Positions 62,006 to 64,000 of a stretch of 64,000 bases of DNA are shown piece after piece; positions within the stretch are counted from its first letter, which is position 1; each line of letters begins with the position of its first letter. Location of the stretch: positions 1 to 64,000 of the forward strand of contig JAPDFW010000003.1 of assembly GCA_028826165.1 (NCBI GenBank), in the 5' to 3' direction. Source of the DNA: Anaeramoeba ignava BMAN (taxonomy: Eukaryota > Protista > Anaeramoebae). The notes beneath the pieces were generated by a model. That model was not told the origin of the DNA. It ran no database searches and saw only the letters and a list, made by a program, of their open reading frames with translations. The translations under genes and the position numbers were made by a program.

Positions 62006-62217
62006 AAGAAAATTTTTCCCTTTTTTTTTCCTTTTTTTTAATTATAAAACGTCATAAAATTTAAATCAAATTTACATTTAAAAATTAAAATTTGTTTTTC
62101 TAAAAAGGAGACATTAGAAATTTAAAAGAAAAACAAAAAAAAATAATTTTGCTTTTTTTTACTTTATTTTTTTTTGTTTTTATTTTTTTTTCATTTTCTT
62201 TCTTTTTTAAAAAAAAA

Positions 62218-64000
62218 ATGGTTCGTTTTGGTTTATATCCAAAAAAAAGTACATCACCAGTTTCAGTTTTAGGAGTAGCAGCGCATATAAACGTAAATGA
62301 TTATTTAGCGAATGTTTCATTAACACAATTATATGAGAATAATACTGATAAACCAATTGAATGCCAATTTATTTTCCCTCTTGATGAAACTGCTGTTGTT
62401 ACTGGTTTGGAAATTTATCTTGATGGTGCTCATAAATCTTTAAAAGTTCAAGATAAAACTAAAGCAGAAAATAAATATAATGATGGTATTTCTCGTGGAA
62501 GAACTGCGTATGTTATACAAAAAAATTTTTTTCCCTTTTTTTTCTTTTTTGTTCTTAATTTAATTTAAAATCCAAAATTAAATTAAAAATATATAAATAT
62601 AAATATAAATATAAATATAAATATAAATATAAATATAAATATAAATATAAATATAAATATAAATATAAATATAAATATAAATATAAATATAAATATAAAT
62701 ATAAATATAATTATAAATATAAATATAAATATAAATATAAATATAAAAATAAATATAAATATAAATATAAATATAAATATAAATATAAATATAAATATAA
62801 ATATAAATATAAATATAAATATAAATATAAATATAAATATAAATATAAATATAAATATAAATATAAATATAAATATAAATATAAATATAAATATAAATAT
62901 AAATCTAAATATAAATATAAATATAAATATAAATATAAATATAAATATAAATATAAATATAAATATAAATCAAAATCAAAATCAAAATCAAAATTAAATT
63001 AAAAATATAAATATAAATATAAATATAAATATAAAATAAAAATATAAATATAAATATAAATATAAATAAATATAAAATATAAATATAATATAAATATAAA
63101 AATATAAATATAAACTAGAAATAAGAAATATAAATATAAATATAAATATAAATATAAATATAAAATAAATATAAATATAAATATAAATATAAATATAAAT
63201 ATAAATATAAATATAAATATAAATATAAATATAAAATATAAATATAAATATAAAAATATAAATATAAAATATAAATAAAATATATAAATAATAAAATAAT
63301 AATAAATAATAAATATAAATAAAATATAAATATAAATATAAATATAAATATAAATATAAAATATAAATATAAATATAAATATAAATATAAAATAAAAATA
63401 AATCAAATATAAATATAAATATAAATATAAATATAAATATAAATATAAATATAAATATAAATATATAAATATAAATATAAATATAAATATAAATATAAAT
63501 ATAAATATAAATATAAATATAATTAATATAAATATAAATATAAATATAAATATAAATATAAATATAAAATATAAATATAAATATAAATATAAATATAAAT
63601 ATAAATATAAATATAAATATAATTATAAATATAAATATAAATATAAATATAAATATAAATATAAAAATAAATATAAATATAAATATAAATATAAATATAA
63701 ATATAAATATAAATATAAATATAAATATAAATATAAATATAAATATCAAAAATTAAAAATTAAAAATTAAAAAAGTTTCAGAGCACAGAAACAGGCAAAC
63801 ATCTTCAAAATTGATGTCGGAAACCTTAAACCACACAACAAATGCATCCTCATTTTCAAATTCATCTCCCTTTTAAACATGGACTCAGACCAATCAATCA
63901 AATTCATTCTTCCCTATTTCAACGTAACACAAATTGACGATAAAAAATACGAAGAAATCTCAAAAGAATTCCCACAATTTCCATCAGCACCACCAAAAGG
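62218..64000 (+). CDS. Divergent VIT-domain (VWA5A-like) protein, 3'-partial (exons 62218-62507, 63776-end)
   Basis: FIFPLDETAVVTGLEI..AENKYNDGISRGRTA|FRAQKQANIFKIDVGNL aligns with the tandem VIT-vWA paralogs; same 290-nt first exon and phase-2 intron (1268 nt). Confidence 0.85.
62590..63746. repeat. Intronic (ATATAA)n array
   Basis: Fills intron 62508-63775. Confidence 0.9.

Noticed and set aside
62994-63749. FIFI/YIYI ORFs (also KLKL at 44209, FINN at 51645, MNFNF at 57761)
   Set aside because: Stop-free frames of intronic microsatellites.
1-64000. Alternative genetic code or stop-codon readthrough
   Set aside because: Conserved genes translate cleanly with the standard code, and TAA, TAG and TGA all occur as true stops.

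Overview
Very AT-rich, gene-dense eukaryotic nuclear DNA with the standard genetic code and GT-AG spliceosomal introns. The RCC1-BTB and ankyrin-BTB expansions, ENENEN/NQNQ runs and a TCATTT initiator-like motif resemble an anaerobic metamonad such as Anaeramoeba; this is inference only. About 25 protein-coding genes can be assembled: a Cys-rich multi-TM receptor, four RCC1-BTB paralogs, ankyrin-BTB, RhoGAP-like, an FG-GAP/FN3 surface protein, three GPI-PLD-like Zn hydrolases, a double-PB1 protein, an Smr protein, CWC24/RNF113, a LAGLIDADG-like::dUTPase fusion, four VIT(-vWA) genes, a SANT/Myb protein, MTR4 (12 exons), MED11-like and a WD40 protein. Several single-base frameshifts, mostly in homopolymers, look like long-read errors. 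The most notable signals are: (1) synonymous third positions flip from purine (mostly A) to pyrimidine (mostly T) near the middle of an exon and reset at the next exon; (2) a trimeric dUTPase carrying an apparently inactivated LAGLIDADG domain and a spliceosomal intron; (3) three near-identical VIT-vWA paralogs with unrelated interchangeable low-complexity cassettes, one with polyproline plus WH2; (4) microsatellite-inflated introns and spacers clustering at about 1.0-1.5 kb; (5) AAG/TAG 3' splice sites with no CAG; (6) a ~185-bp satellite with A/B dimer structure. No rRNA, tRNA, CRISPR, intein or autonomous transposon was recognised. All counts were made by hand.
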